42,392 nt of DNA from a virus (Duplodnaviria > Heunggongvirae > Uroviricota > Caudoviricetes): the IMG/VR virus record IMGVR_UViG_2778261252_000011, one strand, 5' to 3'. Position 1 is the first letter of the stretch, and each line of letters starts with the position of its first letter. Below the pieces are notes generated by a model that saw only the letters and a program-made list of their open reading frames with translations, searched no databases and was not told the origin of the DNA. Made by a program: the position numbers and the translations under genes. Below are positions 28,808-39,299 of the stretch, piece by piece.

Positions 28808-29947
28808 ATGGCTGGAAATACCCTGACCGGGTTGATCCCGACTATTTATACCGCCCTGGATGTTGTATCCCGTGAGCAGGTAGGTTTTATCCCTGCGGTA
28901 GCAAAAAACGCAAAAGCTGACGCCGCAGCAAAAGATCAGACGGTAACCGCGCCAGTTGCGCCTGAGGCGAAAACCGAAGATATCGTACCGGGGCCGTCAG
29001 CTCCGAATACCGGTGATCAAAATATTGGCACTGTTGATGTAAAAATTACTAAATCCAAAATGGCACCGGTTAAATGGAATGGTGAAGAACAACTGGCTCT
29101 TGGCCCTTCAGGGACTTACAACACCATTCTGGCTGATCAGTTCAAGCAGGCTTTTCGCGCCCTTGCAAACGAGGTTGAGGCTGATCTTGGTGCGTTGTAT
29201 TTCGGTGCTTCCCGCGCCGTGGGAACCGCAGGGACAACGCCGTTTGGTGTTAAAGATGATCTTTCTGATGCTGCTCTGGCTCGTCAGGTTCTGGAGGATA
29301 ACGGCGCACCGACAACCGATCTGCAGATGGTGCTTGGCTCCACTGCCATTGCTAATTTGCGCGGAAAACAGTCTGTATTGTTTAAAGTGAATGAATCCGG
29401 CACTGAACAGCTACTGCGTGAGGGCGTGTTGGGGCGTCTGGAGGGATTCAATATTCACAGTTCGGCAGGTGTGAAACGAGCGCCAAAGGTTGCTGCAACT
29501 GGTTATCTCGTGAATGGAGAGAAAAAAGAAGGCGATGTTCTTATTTCCATTGATACTGGTTCGGGGAGTATTTCTGCAGGTCAGATTGTTACGTTCGCTG
29601 GTGATCCGAATCAGTATGTTGTGGCAGCAGCGACCAGCAATCTGATTACTCTTGCAGCGCCCGGACTGCGTCAGGATCTGGCCGATGATACTGCCATCAC
29701 AGTTGTTGGGGCCTTTACTGCAAATATGGCGTTTGATCGCAACGCGTTTCTGCTGGCATCCCGTACTCCGGCAATGCCGGAAGGTGGCGATAATGCTGAT
29801 GATGTAATGAATGTTACGGACCCGATTTCAGGGATTACGTTCCAGATTGCACTGTATCGTCAGTATCGCCAGGTGCGCTATGAAGTTGGACTGGCATGGG
29901 GTGTTTCATCAGTGAAGCCGGCACATGGTTGTCTGATTCTTGGTTAA
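28808..29947 (+). CDS. Major capsid protein (379 aa)
   Basis: Position after the scaffold-like gene; followed by a strong terminator; start at MAGNTLTG. Confidence 0.7.
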   Translation: MAGNTLTGLIPTIYTALDVVSREQVGFIPAVAKNAKADAAAKDQTVTAPVAPEAKTEDIVPGPSAPNTGDQNIGTVDVKITKSKMAPVKWNGEEQLALGPSGTYNTILADQFKQAFRALANEVEADLGALYFGASRAVGTAGTTPFGVKDDLSDAALARQVLEDNGAPTTDLQMVLGSTAIANLRGKQSVLFKVNESGTEQLLREGVLGRLEGFNIHSSAGVKRAPKVAATGYLVNGEKKEGDVLISIDTGSGSISAGQIVTFAGDPNQYVVAAATSNLITLAAPGLRQDLADDTAITVVGAFTANMAFDRNAFLLASRTPAMPEGGDNADDVMNVTDPISGITFQIALYRQYRQVRYEVGLAWGVSSVKPAHGCLILG

Positions 29948-29957
29948 ACATTCAAAC

Positions 29958-29977
29958 GGGGCTTCGGCCCCATTTTT
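29958..29977 (+). terminator. Intrinsic terminator after the capsid gene
   Basis: Stem GGGGC / GCCCC with loop TTCG, followed by ATTTTT. Confidence 0.55.
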
Positions 29978-29989
29978 AATGGGGGGCAT

Positions 29990-30166
29990 ATGGCCGGATT
30001 AACTAAAGAGCAAAGAGCACAGCGTGAAGCCGCACAAAAAACGCAAATTGAGTTAGTGGTTATGGTGACCGATTATCAGATGTTTCCCGGCGCACCAACT
30101 ATCGCTAATGTTCATCCTGATGAAGTTGACAACTGGAAGGCTATGGGCTGGAAAACTCAGGAGTAA
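29990..30166 (+). CDS. Small hypothetical head-region protein (58 aa)
   Basis: Hand translation MAGLTKEQRAQREAAQKTQIELVVMVTDYQMF...; fills the gap between the terminator and the next gene. Confidence 0.35.
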   Translation: MAGLTKEQRAQREAAQKTQIELVVMVTDYQMFPGAPTIANVHPDEVDNWKAMGWKTQE

Positions 30167-30169
30167 CAC

Positions 30170-30565
30170 ATGATCACTTACGTGACCTGTGATGACGTTG
30201 ATAATGCGTTTGGGAACGCCTGGACGAGTGAGAACGCTAAAAATAAAGCTGTTTTAATGGCTAATGCCTGGCTTAATGGCTTCAACCTGAAAATTAACCC
30301 ATCCCGTATTCCGGAAGAGGTAAAACTTGCGGGAGCATATGCAGCCAGAATTGCCTCATTCGGTAAGTTGTTTCAGCAGAAAAATGATTCTGGCGTTGTT
30401 ATCAGTAAAGCCGTGTCGGCTGACGGGGTCAGTGTATCGAAATCATTTTCTGAGTTGCCAGCAAACAGCACTGCATTGCTTGAACCCGATTTACAGCTTG
30501 CGATAGCACTGCTGAAACCGTACGGACTTAGTCGCTCACAAGTCAGGGTTGTGAGGGGGGGATAA
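30170..30565 (+). CDS. Head-tail connector / head completion protein (131 aa)
   Basis: Position and size within the head-tail joining block; no specific motif recognised. Confidence 0.45.
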   Translation: MITYVTCDDVDNAFGNAWTSENAKNKAVLMANAWLNGFNLKINPSRIPEEVKLAGAYAARIASFGKLFQQKNDSGVVISKAVSADGVSVSKSFSELPANSTALLEPDLQLAIALLKPYGLSRSQVRVVRGG

Positions 30566-30948
30566 TGGGGCTTCGTGAAGAGATTCAGTCAGAGGTTGCC
30601 GCTGCTTTTGATGAGGATTTAGCGGACGCCGTGAGTGATTTTTCTGGTTCTTACGTTACGCACCGGCACTGGGATCCTGTGACGGAAACTGGCGGCGAAT
30701 CCACCGCAATCTATACCGGGCGAGGCGTGTTGACACGTTATAAGCTGGGCAGAATTGATGGGATTAATATTTTGCATGGTGACCTTAAATTAACCGCTCT
30801 GGTATGCGAGGTTACGGATAAACCAGCTGTCGACCATATTATTGAGATTTATGATCCTGTATCAAGGCAGTTACAACGATACGAGGTAATTACAGCAAGT
30901 GTAGATCCTTCCGCATCAGTTTACTCTATCCAGTTAAGGAGAGCGTAA
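30565..30948 (+). CDS. Head-tail joining protein (127 aa)
   Basis: Position and size; ATGA-type overlap with the upstream gene. Confidence 0.45.
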   Translation: MGLREEIQSEVAAAFDEDLADAVSDFSGSYVTHRHWDPVTETGGESTAIYTGRGVLTRYKLGRIDGINILHGDLKLTALVCEVTDKPAVDHIIEIYDPVSRQLQRYEVITASVDPSASVYSIQLRRA

Positions 30949-31329
30949 ATGGCAAAGGCATGGGATATAGAACCGTCAATATTTGCCGGGATGATTGAGG
31001 AAGATGTAGGGCTGAAGATTCGCTACATCGCTATGCAGATTCTTACTGCTATTGATATTGCTGCTCCGGTTGATACCGGACGTTTCAGAAATAACAACCT
31101 GGTGTCGTTACAGCATCCCGATTTTGGTATATCTGATAACGTGGATCCGAACGGTACGATTGCTGTTCAGCGTGGGATCGGGGTTATTTCGAAAGCTGCA
31201 AATTACGGGGTTATTTATATCCAGAATAACCTTCCTTATGCAGAGGCTCTTGAAAACGGTCATTCACAACAAGCGCCAACTGGCGTGTATGCCAACGCTT
31301 TTCATGGTGTTTTACAGGCTTACAAATGA
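30949..31329 (+). CDS. Tail completion / neck protein (126 aa, HK97 gp10-like)
   Basis: Motif DTGRFRNN typical of the HK97 gp10 family as I recall it. Confidence 0.5.
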   Translation: MAKAWDIEPSIFAGMIEEDVGLKIRYIAMQILTAIDIAAPVDTGRFRNNNLVSLQHPDFGISDNVDPNGTIAVQRGIGVISKAANYGVIYIQNNLPYAEALENGHSQQAPTGVYANAFHGVLQAYK

Positions 31330-31718
31330 AGTTTACTGAAATCAGAAATACGGTTATTTCCAGAATGACGGCACAGACGATTATTGATGGAAAAGACGTA
31401 TTGTATCCGAACGGGCCAACGTTCGATCCTTCCGGTAAGTTAATCTGGGCGCGGTTAAGTAATATTCCCGGGCAGGCTGGAGTTAATGAAATTGGCGCGG
31501 GGCCGGTTGTTTATCGCACGGGGATAATCATTATTCAGTTATTTGTCCCCGCAGGTTCTGGTTCAAAACTCATTACTGAGACAGCCGATAAATTGCGGGA
31601 ACTGTTTGAGTTTCAGGATGACGATCGTCTCAGTTACCAGGCTGTTTCCTCAATAGCCGTCGGCGAAAAGAATGGCTGGTTCCAGCTTAATCTTCAAATT
31701 CCATATCGCGCGCTCTAG
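31326..31718 (+). CDS. Tail terminator-like protein (130 aa)
   Basis: Position immediately upstream of the major tail protein. Confidence 0.45.
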   Translation: MKFTEIRNTVISRMTAQTIIDGKDVLYPNGPTFDPSGKLIWARLSNIPGQAGVNEIGAGPVVYRTGIIIIQLFVPAGSGSKLITETADKLRELFEFQDDDRLSYQAVSSIAVGEKNGWFQLNLQIPYRAL

Positions 31719-31744
31719 CGCAATTAATGACATAGGAGGCTCCT

Positions 31745-32707
31745 GTGAGTTCAGGTGCAAAGGTTATCTCGGCATTTATCCGGGAGACGGTTGCAGGCAC
31801 TACGCCAGCAAGTGGTGACTGGAGTTTATTAAAACGCACAAGCTGGGGAGTAAAACCCACCCAGAATAAAGGCGAAAATAATGAGATTGGTGGCTCCCGG
31901 ATGGCTCAGGGGGCGACGCCTGGCACTGTGGATGTCGGCGGTGATGTTGGTACCAAATTTCGCTGGGGTCAACATGATGATTTTCTTGCATCCTGTTTCG
32001 GCGCGGAATGGTCAGGCGATTCTCTGACAATGGGGAATGAGCGAATAACATTTTCTCTGGCGACCTATGCGTCCGATGTCGGAATTGCCTCTGTCGTCAG
32101 AGGAGCGCAGGTTGGCTCATGGAAAATGCAGATCCCTAACGACGGCGATATTACAGCGACCGTAACCTTTGCCGGACTGGACTGGGAATCAAAGGCCGAT
32201 GATACGAATTTTATCAAAGGCGAACCTGTGGATAGTGCAGGAAAGCTACGTTATTCGTTTAAGGAGGTTTCAGCAGTAAGCCTGAATGGTGTTGCCGGAG
32301 GTAACGGTTTTTGTATCGACAGTTTTGATATTCAGTTCGATAACAAACTCCAGACACAGCGTTGTATCGGGACTGGCTCGCCTTATGCAGGAGCAAATAT
32401 TCCGACTACTTTTACACCGTCCGGTACGGTGACGCTTTCATGGTCTAAAGCCGCGTGGGAAATCTGGAGTAAAACACTGACTGGAGAAACAGTTCCGTTC
32501 AGCTTCACGCTTTCGAATGGAGAGGGGGCATACACTTTCAGTTTCCCGAAGGTTCAGGTGTCAGGTGAATGGCCTGATGGGGGTAATAGCGACATTATCC
32601 AGGTTCAATTGAGCATTACCGCAGCAGATGAAGCACCTACGATAACCAGAAAAAAAAATTCCCCGGCTGCCGTGATCGCAAAAGCCAGTGCTGAGGCGAT
32701 TAGTTGA
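31745..32707 (+). CDS. Major tail (tube) protein (320 aa), GTG start
   Basis: GGAGG Shine-Dalgarno before GTG 31745; position upstream of the chaperone pair and tape measure. Confidence 0.7.
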   Translation: MSSGAKVISAFIRETVAGTTPASGDWSLLKRTSWGVKPTQNKGENNEIGGSRMAQGATPGTVDVGGDVGTKFRWGQHDDFLASCFGAEWSGDSLTMGNERITFSLATYASDVGIASVVRGAQVGSWKMQIPNDGDITATVTFAGLDWESKADDTNFIKGEPVDSAGKLRYSFKEVSAVSLNGVAGGNGFCIDSFDIQFDNKLQTQRCIGTGSPYAGANIPTTFTPSGTVTLSWSKAAWEIWSKTLTGETVPFSFTLSNGEGAYTFSFPKVQVSGEWPDGGNSDIIQVQLSITAADEAPTITRKKNSPAAVIAKASAEAIS

Positions 32708-32755
32708 TTTTCCGTTATTCCTCCTGTGGTACTGCCCTACAGGGGGACGCATTGA

Positions 32756-33217
32756 ATGAGGTTATGGATGTTTATTCTTAATCAGAAAATTATCATTGGT
32801 GGAGAACGCTGGTTTACGCCAATGAAGGACTTAAAACCTGTAGACGGGTTAAAACTGTTGGTGGCAAGCAGCGATAACGATCAGTATCGCTCCCGTAATG
32901 CATTAATCCGTCGCCACATTGAGAAAATGGATGCCAGTTTGCACGTCGGAACGAAGGAGTTTGATATTTCAAAGGTTTCCGAGGTGGATTCTGTTGATGA
33001 TTTACTCATTGATAATGCCGCTCGTTATCTGCTGAAAGACTGGAAAGGGGTTGGTGAACTGGTTAATGGTGTTGAGGTTGCACTGGAATATACGGCAGAA
33101 CGAGGGATCGCGCTGCTCAAGCAGAATCCAGAGTTGTACTGGCAGATCCTTGCAGAAGCAGCCAGCATCGCCCAGGGTAAAGAGCAGCAGAAGCAGGATA
33201 CGATAAAAAAGCCATAG
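32756..33217 (+). CDS. Tail assembly chaperone (G-like, 153 aa)
   Basis: AGGGGGA Shine-Dalgarno; ends just after the slippery heptamer A AAA AAG. Confidence 0.7.
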   Translation: MRLWMFILNQKIIIGGERWFTPMKDLKPVDGLKLLVASSDNDQYRSRNALIRRHIEKMDASLHVGTKEFDISKVSEVDSVDDLLIDNAARYLLKDWKGVGELVNGVEVALEYTAERGIALLKQNPELYWQILAEAASIAQGKEQQKQDTIKKP

Positions 33218-33525
33218 CTGCCCAGCGGTGGTTATCGGAGTTCGGGGGAGAAAGGGGGGAAAAGGCAAGATGGAAGCGAGAAAAACTCAGGTTGCCACCG
33301 ATACCGGAACCAGAAATAGACCCGGTGCTTAAGGAGTTGTTGTACGCCTATTCGGTAATATCCCGTGCCCGACGTTATGCTGGAATGGCTGGGGTGCCTT
33401 TGCCTTTATCTCTGACAGAGATAAATGAATATTTAGCCACTCATCCGGTATTGATTGAGCGCGATGAATTTGAAGCAGTGATCTTTGCACTGGATGACCA
33501 GTATTTTCAGGAGCAGTGTGTGTAG
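32756..33525 (+). CDS. Tail assembly chaperone G-T-like fusion made by -1 programmed frameshift at A AAA AAG (33205-33211)
   Basis: The -1 frame is open from the slippery site through 33525 with no stop; same arrangement as lambda G/GT. Confidence 0.6.
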
Positions 33526-33688
33526 TTGTTAATTACGTACACTCTGTTACAGAGATGTGATGGTGTCTTTAATTAAATCGATGATGCTCCTGGAGAAAAG
33601 CATTGCGTGGCCTCGTAATCGCTATATCTACTATTATGTCGCCTGAAACCCACTTCGGTGGGCTTTTTGTTGTCTGGAGTTCTAATAA

Positions 33689-36600
33689 ATGGCAGAGCAA
33701 ACCTCGCGTCTCGCAATAATTATTGATAGCACTGGAGCAAAAAATAATGCTGACAATCTGACCTCCTCATTAGTCAAAATGACGCAGGCCGGGGAAACTG
33801 CTGCAAATAGCGCAGGGAAAGTGACTAAGGCAACAGAAGATGAGAAGAACGCGCTCGCAAAATTAAAAGCAGCTATTGATCCAGTTGGTGCCGCAATTGA
33901 TACTGTCGGTCGACGCTATTCTGAATTAAAGAAATTTTTCGATAAAGGGCTTATTGATAAAGAAGAATATGAATTTCTTGTCCGTAAACTTAATGAAACC
34001 ACAGAGGAATTGAGCGGGGTTGCGCAAGCGCAGAGAGAAGCCGAGAAGGCCGGAAAACTTGCTGCCGCCCAGCAGGAATCGCAGGCTCAGGCCTTTCAAA
34101 GAATGCTGGACAAGATCGACCCTCTGGTTGCGGCGCTAAGAAATCTTGAACAACAGCAGGATGAACTTAATGCTGCGTTTGCATCCGGGAAAATAAATGG
34201 TTCTCAGTTTGAGAATTATAGCCGAAAAATACAGGAAACACGGCGAGAGCTTACCGGAGAGGCTCAGGCAGAGCGAGAAGCAGCAAAAGCGCATGATGAA
34301 CAGGTTGCTGCTTTGCAACGTCTGATTGCTCAACTTGACCCTGTCGGAACTGCTTTTAATCGTCTGGTAGAACAACAGAAACAGCTCAATGAAGCAAAAG
34401 CTAAGGGGATGCTCTCTCCTGAAATGTATGAGGAACTTTCTGGAAAACTTCGTGCTATGCGGAGTGAGCTTGAGGTTACTCAATCTCAATTAAGCAAAAC
34501 CGGAATGTCGGCAAAACAAACGGCTTTTGCTATGCGCATGTTGCCTGCACAAATGACGGATATTGTTGTTGGGTTGTCCACTGGTCAGTCGCCTTTTATG
34601 GTGTTAATGCAGCAGGGCGGCCAGCTAAAAGATATGTTCGGTGGGATTGGCCCGGCGATCAAAGGTGTTGGTTCTTATGTGCTGGGATTAATTAATCCTT
34701 TTACCCTGGCCGCAGCAGCCGTTGGCGTCTTAGGGCTGGCTTACTATAAAGGCTCTCAGGAGCAGGACGAATTTAATAAATCTCTTATTCTTACCGGAAA
34801 TCAGTTGGGGACAACCAGCGGGCAATTGGCCGATATAGCTCAACGTGCCGGGAATGCGGCTGATTCGACAACTGGCGCTGCGGCGGCAGTATTAAACCAG
34901 CTTGTGCGTTCGGGAAAGGTAGCGAGCAGTTCGCTGGAGCAAGTGACGACAGCGATAGTAAAAACGAGCGAAGTAACAGGAATATCAACCGAACAACTGG
35001 TTAATGACTTCAATGAAATTGCAAAGGATCCTGTCAGTGCCATATCAAAACTTAATGATCAGTACCATTTTCTGACAATTGCGACTTATAACCAGATTAA
35101 GGCGCTACAGGATGAAGGGAACCAGCAGGAGGCCGCCCGCATTGCGACAGAAGCATACTCATCCTCAATGATCCAGCGCACCAACCAGATTAAAGAAAAT
35201 CTTGGTTATCTTGAGACTGCATGGAAAGCTGTCGCAGACTCCGCAAAATGGGCATGGGATTCCATGCTGGATATTGGCCGTGAGGCCTCCCTTGATCAAA
35301 AAATCTCAGATGTTCTCCGTCAAATTGATGAAATAGAAAAAAATACCCGACCCGGAGTTTTCGGGTTAGGTGGCATTGGAGATGGCGGAGCTCAAAATAA
35401 AAGGCTGGCACGATTAAAGCAGCAATTGGGCGTACTTCAAGCAGAAAAAATTGCTCAGGACGTACTAAATTCATCAATAAACGATTACAACAAGCGACAA
35501 CAGGAAGGAATTGAACTCAGACAGAGAGCAGATGCCTTTTCAAAACAATATCAGACCCGGGAGCAGCAGAGAGCTAGTGAACTTGCAAAACTGGAAAAAC
35601 TAAAGAGTCAGTATTCAAAGGAAGAATATAATAATCTTATCGCTCAAATAAATGAGCGTTATAAAGATCCAAAGCAACCAAAGGCGAAAGGTTATTCGGA
35701 TGATGCTGCCCAACGAATGATTGATCATCTGAATCAACAGAATGCGTTACTAAGTTCACAAACTGAATTAACCGTTAAATTAAGTTCCTCTGAACAGGAA
35801 CTGGTTAAGTGGCGTCAGCAGATTGCCGACCTGGAGTCACGACCGTCATCGAAATTAACCAAGGATCAGAAATCGCTTCTCTTACACCGGGAAGAAATAA
35901 CCGCGTTGATGGAGAAAAATGTTGCGATTGAAAAAAATAACAGGCTAATCAAGGAATCCGCCGAAATAGCTGCATGGCGTGATTCATTGCAGGCTTCGAT
36001 TGATAATCGTCAACAGGGGTATGATATTCAGATTGCTGGTTATGGGGTTGGCGATAAAAATCAGCAACGCCAGCAGGAATTACTGCGGATTGAACGTGAA
36101 TATAACAATCAGCGTCTGCAACTTGAACGTGACTATGCAGATAAATCCCGTGGGATGTCAAATCATGTTTTTCAGGAGAAAATGCAGGCTCTGAATGATG
36201 CTCTGGAACGAGAAAAAGAAATTGTCAGACAGAAAAACGAGCAGCTCGATATTCAGGCAGGAGACTGGGTTAGTGGTGCCTCCCAGGGATTCAATAACTG
36301 GCTGGATGACACTAAGGATATCAGTGAGCAGATAAAATCAACCACGACTCAGATGTTTGATGGAATGACCGATGCGCTGGGTGATTTTGTCACGACAGGC
36401 AAGGCAAATTTTCGTTCTTTCGCTACTTCCGTGATTTCGGATCTTAGTCGAATAGCATTAAAGGCTTCAATTACTCGGATTTTCGACAGCATTAGTAACA
36501 GTTCTTCGGGGGGGATTTTAGGAACTATCGGGAGTGCTATTAGTAAATTTATTCCGAATGCAAAGGGCGGTGTTTATGAGTCTCCGTCATTGAACACGTA

Positions 36601-36922
36601 TTCGAACGGTATTTATGATTCCCCGCAATTTTTTGCTTTTGCAAAAGGGGCTGGTGTTTTTGGTGAGGCTGGTCCGGAAGCCATTATGCCATTAACACGA
36701 ACTTCCGATGGTTCTCTTGGTGTCAGAGCTATTAATAGTAAAAGTGGTAATGGAGGCGGAGATATTACCTATGCCCCTGTATACCAAATCACTATTCAAA
36801 ATGACGGCCAGAATGGAGAGATTGGCCCTCAGGCAATAAAAGCACTTATGGGGATGGTTGATCAGCGGGTGCAGGGCAATCTGTTAAATATGCGACGTGA
36901 TGGGGGAATGTTAAGTGGCTAA
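33689..36922 (+). CDS. Tail tape measure protein (1077 aa)
   Basis: Very long, Ala/Gln-rich coiled-coil protein located between the chaperone pair and gpM. Confidence 0.9.
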   Translation: MAEQTSRLAIIIDSTGAKNNADNLTSSLVKMTQAGETAANSAGKVTKATEDEKNALAKLKAAIDPVGAAIDTVGRRYSELKKFFDKGLIDKEEYEFLVRKLNETTEELSGVAQAQREAEKAGKLAAAQQESQAQAFQRMLDKIDPLVAALRNLEQQQDELNAAFASGKINGSQFENYSRKIQETRRELTGEAQAEREAAKAHDEQVAALQRLIAQLDPVGTAFNRLVEQQKQLNEAKAKGMLSPEMYEELSGKLRAMRSELEVTQSQLSKTGMSAKQTAFAMRMLPAQMTDIVVGLSTGQSPFMVLMQQGGQLKDMFGGIGPAIKGVGSYVLGLINPFTLAAAAVGVLGLAYYKGSQEQDEFNKSLILTGNQLGTTSGQLADIAQRAGNAADSTTGAAAAVLNQLVRSGKVASSSLEQVTTAIVKTSEVTGISTEQLVNDFNEIAKDPVSAISKLNDQYHFLTIATYNQIKALQDEGNQQEAARIATEAYSSSMIQRTNQIKENLGYLETAWKAVADSAKWAWDSMLDIGREASLDQKISDVLRQIDEIEKNTRPGVFGLGGIGDGGAQNKRLARLKQQLGVLQAEKIAQDVLNSSINDYNKRQQEGIELRQRADAFSKQYQTREQQRASELAKLEKLKSQYSKEEYNNLIAQINERYKDPKQPKAKGYSDDAAQRMIDHLNQQNALLSSQTELTVKLSSSEQELVKWRQQIADLESRPSSKLTKDQKSLLLHREEITALMEKNVAIEKNNRLIKESAEIAAWRDSLQASIDNRQQGYDIQIAGYGVGDKNQQRQQELLRIEREYNNQRLQLERDYADKSRGMSNHVFQEKMQALNDALEREKEIVRQKNEQLDIQAGDWVSGASQGFNNWLDDTKDISEQIKSTTTQMFDGMTDALGDFVTTGKANFRSFATSVISDLSRIALKASITRIFDSISNSSSGGILGTIGSAISKFIPNAKGGVYESPSLNTYSNGIYDSPQFFAFAKGAGVFGEAGPEAIMPLTRTSDGSLGVRAINSKSGNGGGDITYAPVYQITIQNDGQNGEIGPQAIKALMGMVDQRVQGNLLNMRRDGGMLSG

Positions 36923-37253
36923 TACGGAAGAATTTCACTGGTTACCAGAGGATGGAATGAAAACAGAAAATAAACCATCGATAAAAACTGTAAGATTTGG
37001 CGATGGTTATGAGCAACGAAGTCCAAATGGACTTAATCATTCTCTGCGCGTTTTCACCTGTGATTTCAAAGTTGAGGCGAATGAACGTGATTCATTTGAA
37101 AAATTTTTAGCCCGGCATGAAGGCTATAAATCTTTTTTTTGGCGCCCGCCTGGTATTAACAGAAAAATCAGAGTGGTGTGTCGAACGTGGTCAGCGACAG
37201 AACATATCACCTATACCGATTTTTCGTGTCAGTTTGACGAAGTGGTGATCTGA
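36915..37253 (+). CDS. Minor tail protein M (112 aa, lambda gpM-like)
   Basis: Contains [10 protein letters not shown], close to the lambda M sequence as I recall it. Confidence 0.9.
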   Translation: MANTEEFHWLPEDGMKTENKPSIKTVRFGDGYEQRSPNGLNHSLRVFTCDFKVEANERDSFEKFLARHEGYKSFFWRPPGINRKIRVVCRTWSATEHITYTDFSCQFDEVVI

Positions 37254-37951
37254 TGCAGGACATACAACAGGAAACGCTGAATGAATGCATTCGTGCGGAG
37301 CAGTCGGCCAGCGTGGTGCTCTGGGAAATCGACCTGACCGAGGTAGGCGGGGATCGCTACTTTTTCTGCAATGAGCAGAACGAGAAAGGAGAGTCTGTCA
37401 CCTGGCAGAGTCGGCAGTATCAGGCCTATCCCATTCAGGGGAGTGGATTTGAGATGAACGGCAAAGGTGCCAGTGCAAGGCCAACGCTGAAAGTCTCTAA
37501 TCTGCACGGCATGGTCACCGGGATGGCGGAAGACCTGCAGAGTCTGGTCGGCGGAACGGTGGTCAGGCGTAAGGTTTACGCCCGTTTTCTGGATGCGGTG
37601 AACTTCGTCAACGGAAACAGTGACGCCGATCCGGAGCAGGAGGTGATCAGCCGCTGGCGTATTGAGCAGTGCAGCGAACTGAGCGCGGTCAGTGCCTCCT
37701 TTGTACTGTCCACGCCGACGGAAACGGACGGCGCTGTTTTTCCGGGGCGCATCATGCTTGCTAATACCTGCACCTGGACCTATCGCGGTGATGAGTGCGG
37801 TTATCACGGTCCGGCGGTCGCGGATGAATATGACCAGCCGACATCCGAAATCACGAAGGATAAATGCAGCAAATGCCTGAGTGGCTGTAAGTTCCGCAAT
37901 AATGTCGGCAACTTTGGCGGCTTCCTTTCCATTAACAAACTTTCGCAGTAA
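37253..37951 (+). CDS. Minor tail protein L (232 aa, lambda gpL-like)
   Basis: Sequence similarity to lambda L by recollection; C-terminal Cys cluster. Confidence 0.9.
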   Translation: MQDIQQETLNECIRAEQSASVVLWEIDLTEVGGDRYFFCNEQNEKGESVTWQSRQYQAYPIQGSGFEMNGKGASARPTLKVSNLHGMVTGMAEDLQSLVGGTVVRRKVYARFLDAVNFVNGNSDADPEQEVISRWRIEQCSELSAVSASFVLSTPTETDGAVFPGRIMLANTCTWTYRGDECGYHGPAVADEYDQPTSEITKDKCSKCLSGCKFRNNVGNFGGFLSINKLSQ

Positions 37952-37956
37952 ATCCC

Positions 37957-38700
37957 ATGACAGAGACAGAATCAGCGATTCTGGCGCACGCCCGGCGATG
38001 TGCGCCAGCGGAGTCGTGCGGCTTCGTGGTGAGAACGCCGGAAGGGGAAAGATATTTTCCCTGCGTGAATATCTCCGGTGAGCCGGAGGCGTATTTCCGG
38101 ATGGCTCCGGAGGACTGGCTGCGGGCAGAAATGCAGGGTGAGATTGTGGCGCTGGTCCACAGTCACCCCGGTGCTCTGCCCTGGCTGAGTGAGGCCGACC
38201 GGCGGCTGCAGGTGCAGAGTGATTTGCCGTGGTGGCTGGTCTGCCGGGGGGCGATTCACAAGTTCCGCTGTGTGCCACATCTTACCGGGCGGCGCTTTGA
38301 GCACGGGGTGACGGACTGTTACACGCTGTTCCGGGATGCTTACCATCTGGCGGGAATTGAGATGCCTGATTTTCATCGTGAGGATGACTGGTGGCGTCAC
38401 GGTCAGAATCTCTATCTGGATAATATGGAGGCAACGGGGCTGTATCAGGTGCCGTTGTCAGCGGCGCAGCCGGGCGATGTGCTGCTGTGCTGTTTTGGTT
38501 CATCGGTGCCGAATCATGCCGCCATTTACTGTGGTGACGGCGAGCTGCTGCACCATATTCCTGAACAACTGAGCAAACGAGAGAGGTATACCGACAAATG
38601 GCAGCGACGCACACACTCCCTCTGGCGTCACCAGGCATGGCACGCATCTGCCTTTACGGGGATTTACAACGATTTGGCCGCCGCATCGATCTGCGTGTGA
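37957..38700 (+). CDS. Tail assembly protein K (247 aa, lambda gpK-like)
   Basis: Near-identity to lambda K by recollection (TESAILAHARRCAPAESCGFVV...). Confidence 0.9.
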   Translation: MTETESAILAHARRCAPAESCGFVVRTPEGERYFPCVNISGEPEAYFRMAPEDWLRAEMQGEIVALVHSHPGALPWLSEADRRLQVQSDLPWWLVCRGAIHKFRCVPHLTGRRFEHGVTDCYTLFRDAYHLAGIEMPDFHREDDWWRHGQNLYLDNMEATGLYQVPLSAAQPGDVLLCCFGSSVPNHAAIYCGDGELLHHIPEQLSKRERYTDKWQRRTHSLWRHQAWHASAFTGIYNDLAAASICV

Positions 38701-39239
38701 AAACGGGGGCCGAAGCCATCCGGGCGCTGGCCATGCAGATCCCGGCGTTTCGTCAGAAGCTGAGCGACGGCTGGTATCAGGTACGCATTGCCGGGCGTGA
38801 TACAGGTGAAACGGAATTATCAGCCCGTCTTAATGAACCGCTGGCAAATGGTGCTGTGATCCATATCGTGCCGCGTCTGGCAGGAGCCAAAAGTGGCGGT
38901 GTGTTTCAGGCTGTGCTGGGGGCGGCTGTTATGGCGGTTGCTATATGGATGCCGGGGGTAGGAATTATGGCGAGTAATCTGCTGTTTTCTCTCGGTGCCA
39001 GTATGACGCTTGGCGGTGTTGCACAGATGCTGGCCCCTAAACCCAAAACCCCCCGCACACAGACAACGGATAACGGCAAACAGAACACCTATTTTTCTTC
39101 ACTGGATAATATGGTTGCCCAGGGCAATGTTCTGCCCGTTCTGTACGGGGAAATGCGCGTGGGGTCACGTGTGGTTTCTCAGGAGATCAGCACGGCAGAC
39201 GAAGGGGATGGTGGCCAGGTTGTGGTGATTGGTCGCTGA
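38598..39239 (+). CDS. Tail assembly protein I (213 aa, lambda gpI-like)
   Basis: Near-identity to lambda I by recollection; overlaps the 3' end of K. Confidence 0.9.
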   Translation: MAATHTLPLASPGMARICLYGDLQRFGRRIDLRVKTGAEAIRALAMQIPAFRQKLSDGWYQVRIAGRDTGETELSARLNEPLANGAVIHIVPRLAGAKSGGVFQAVLGAAVMAVAIWMPGVGIMASNLLFSLGASMTLGGVAQMLAPKPKTPRTQTTDNGKQNTYFSSLDNMVAQGNVLPVLYGEMRVGSRVVSQEISTADEGDGGQVVVIGR

Positions 39240-39257
39240 TGCAAAACATTTTATGTG

Positions 39258-39284
39258 AAACCGCCTGCGGGCGGTTTTGTCGTT
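39258..39284 (+). terminator. Terminator-like hairpin between I and J
   Basis: Stem AAACCGCC / GGCGGTTT with loop TGCG, followed by TGTCGTTT. Confidence 0.4.
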
Positions 39285-39299
39285 TATGGAGCGTGACGA

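Noticed and set aside
32650-32658. Run of nine A near the 3' end of the major tail protein gene
   Set aside because: It could be a slippery site, but it is read in frame (encoding RKKN) and no extended alternative frame is evident downstream.
37229-38278. 349-aa minus-strand ORF and several 60-140-aa ORFs across the L/K/I region
   Set aside because: Antisense to lambda-like tail genes L, K and I, with low-complexity Pro/Arg/Ala-rich translations and no ribosome binding sites.
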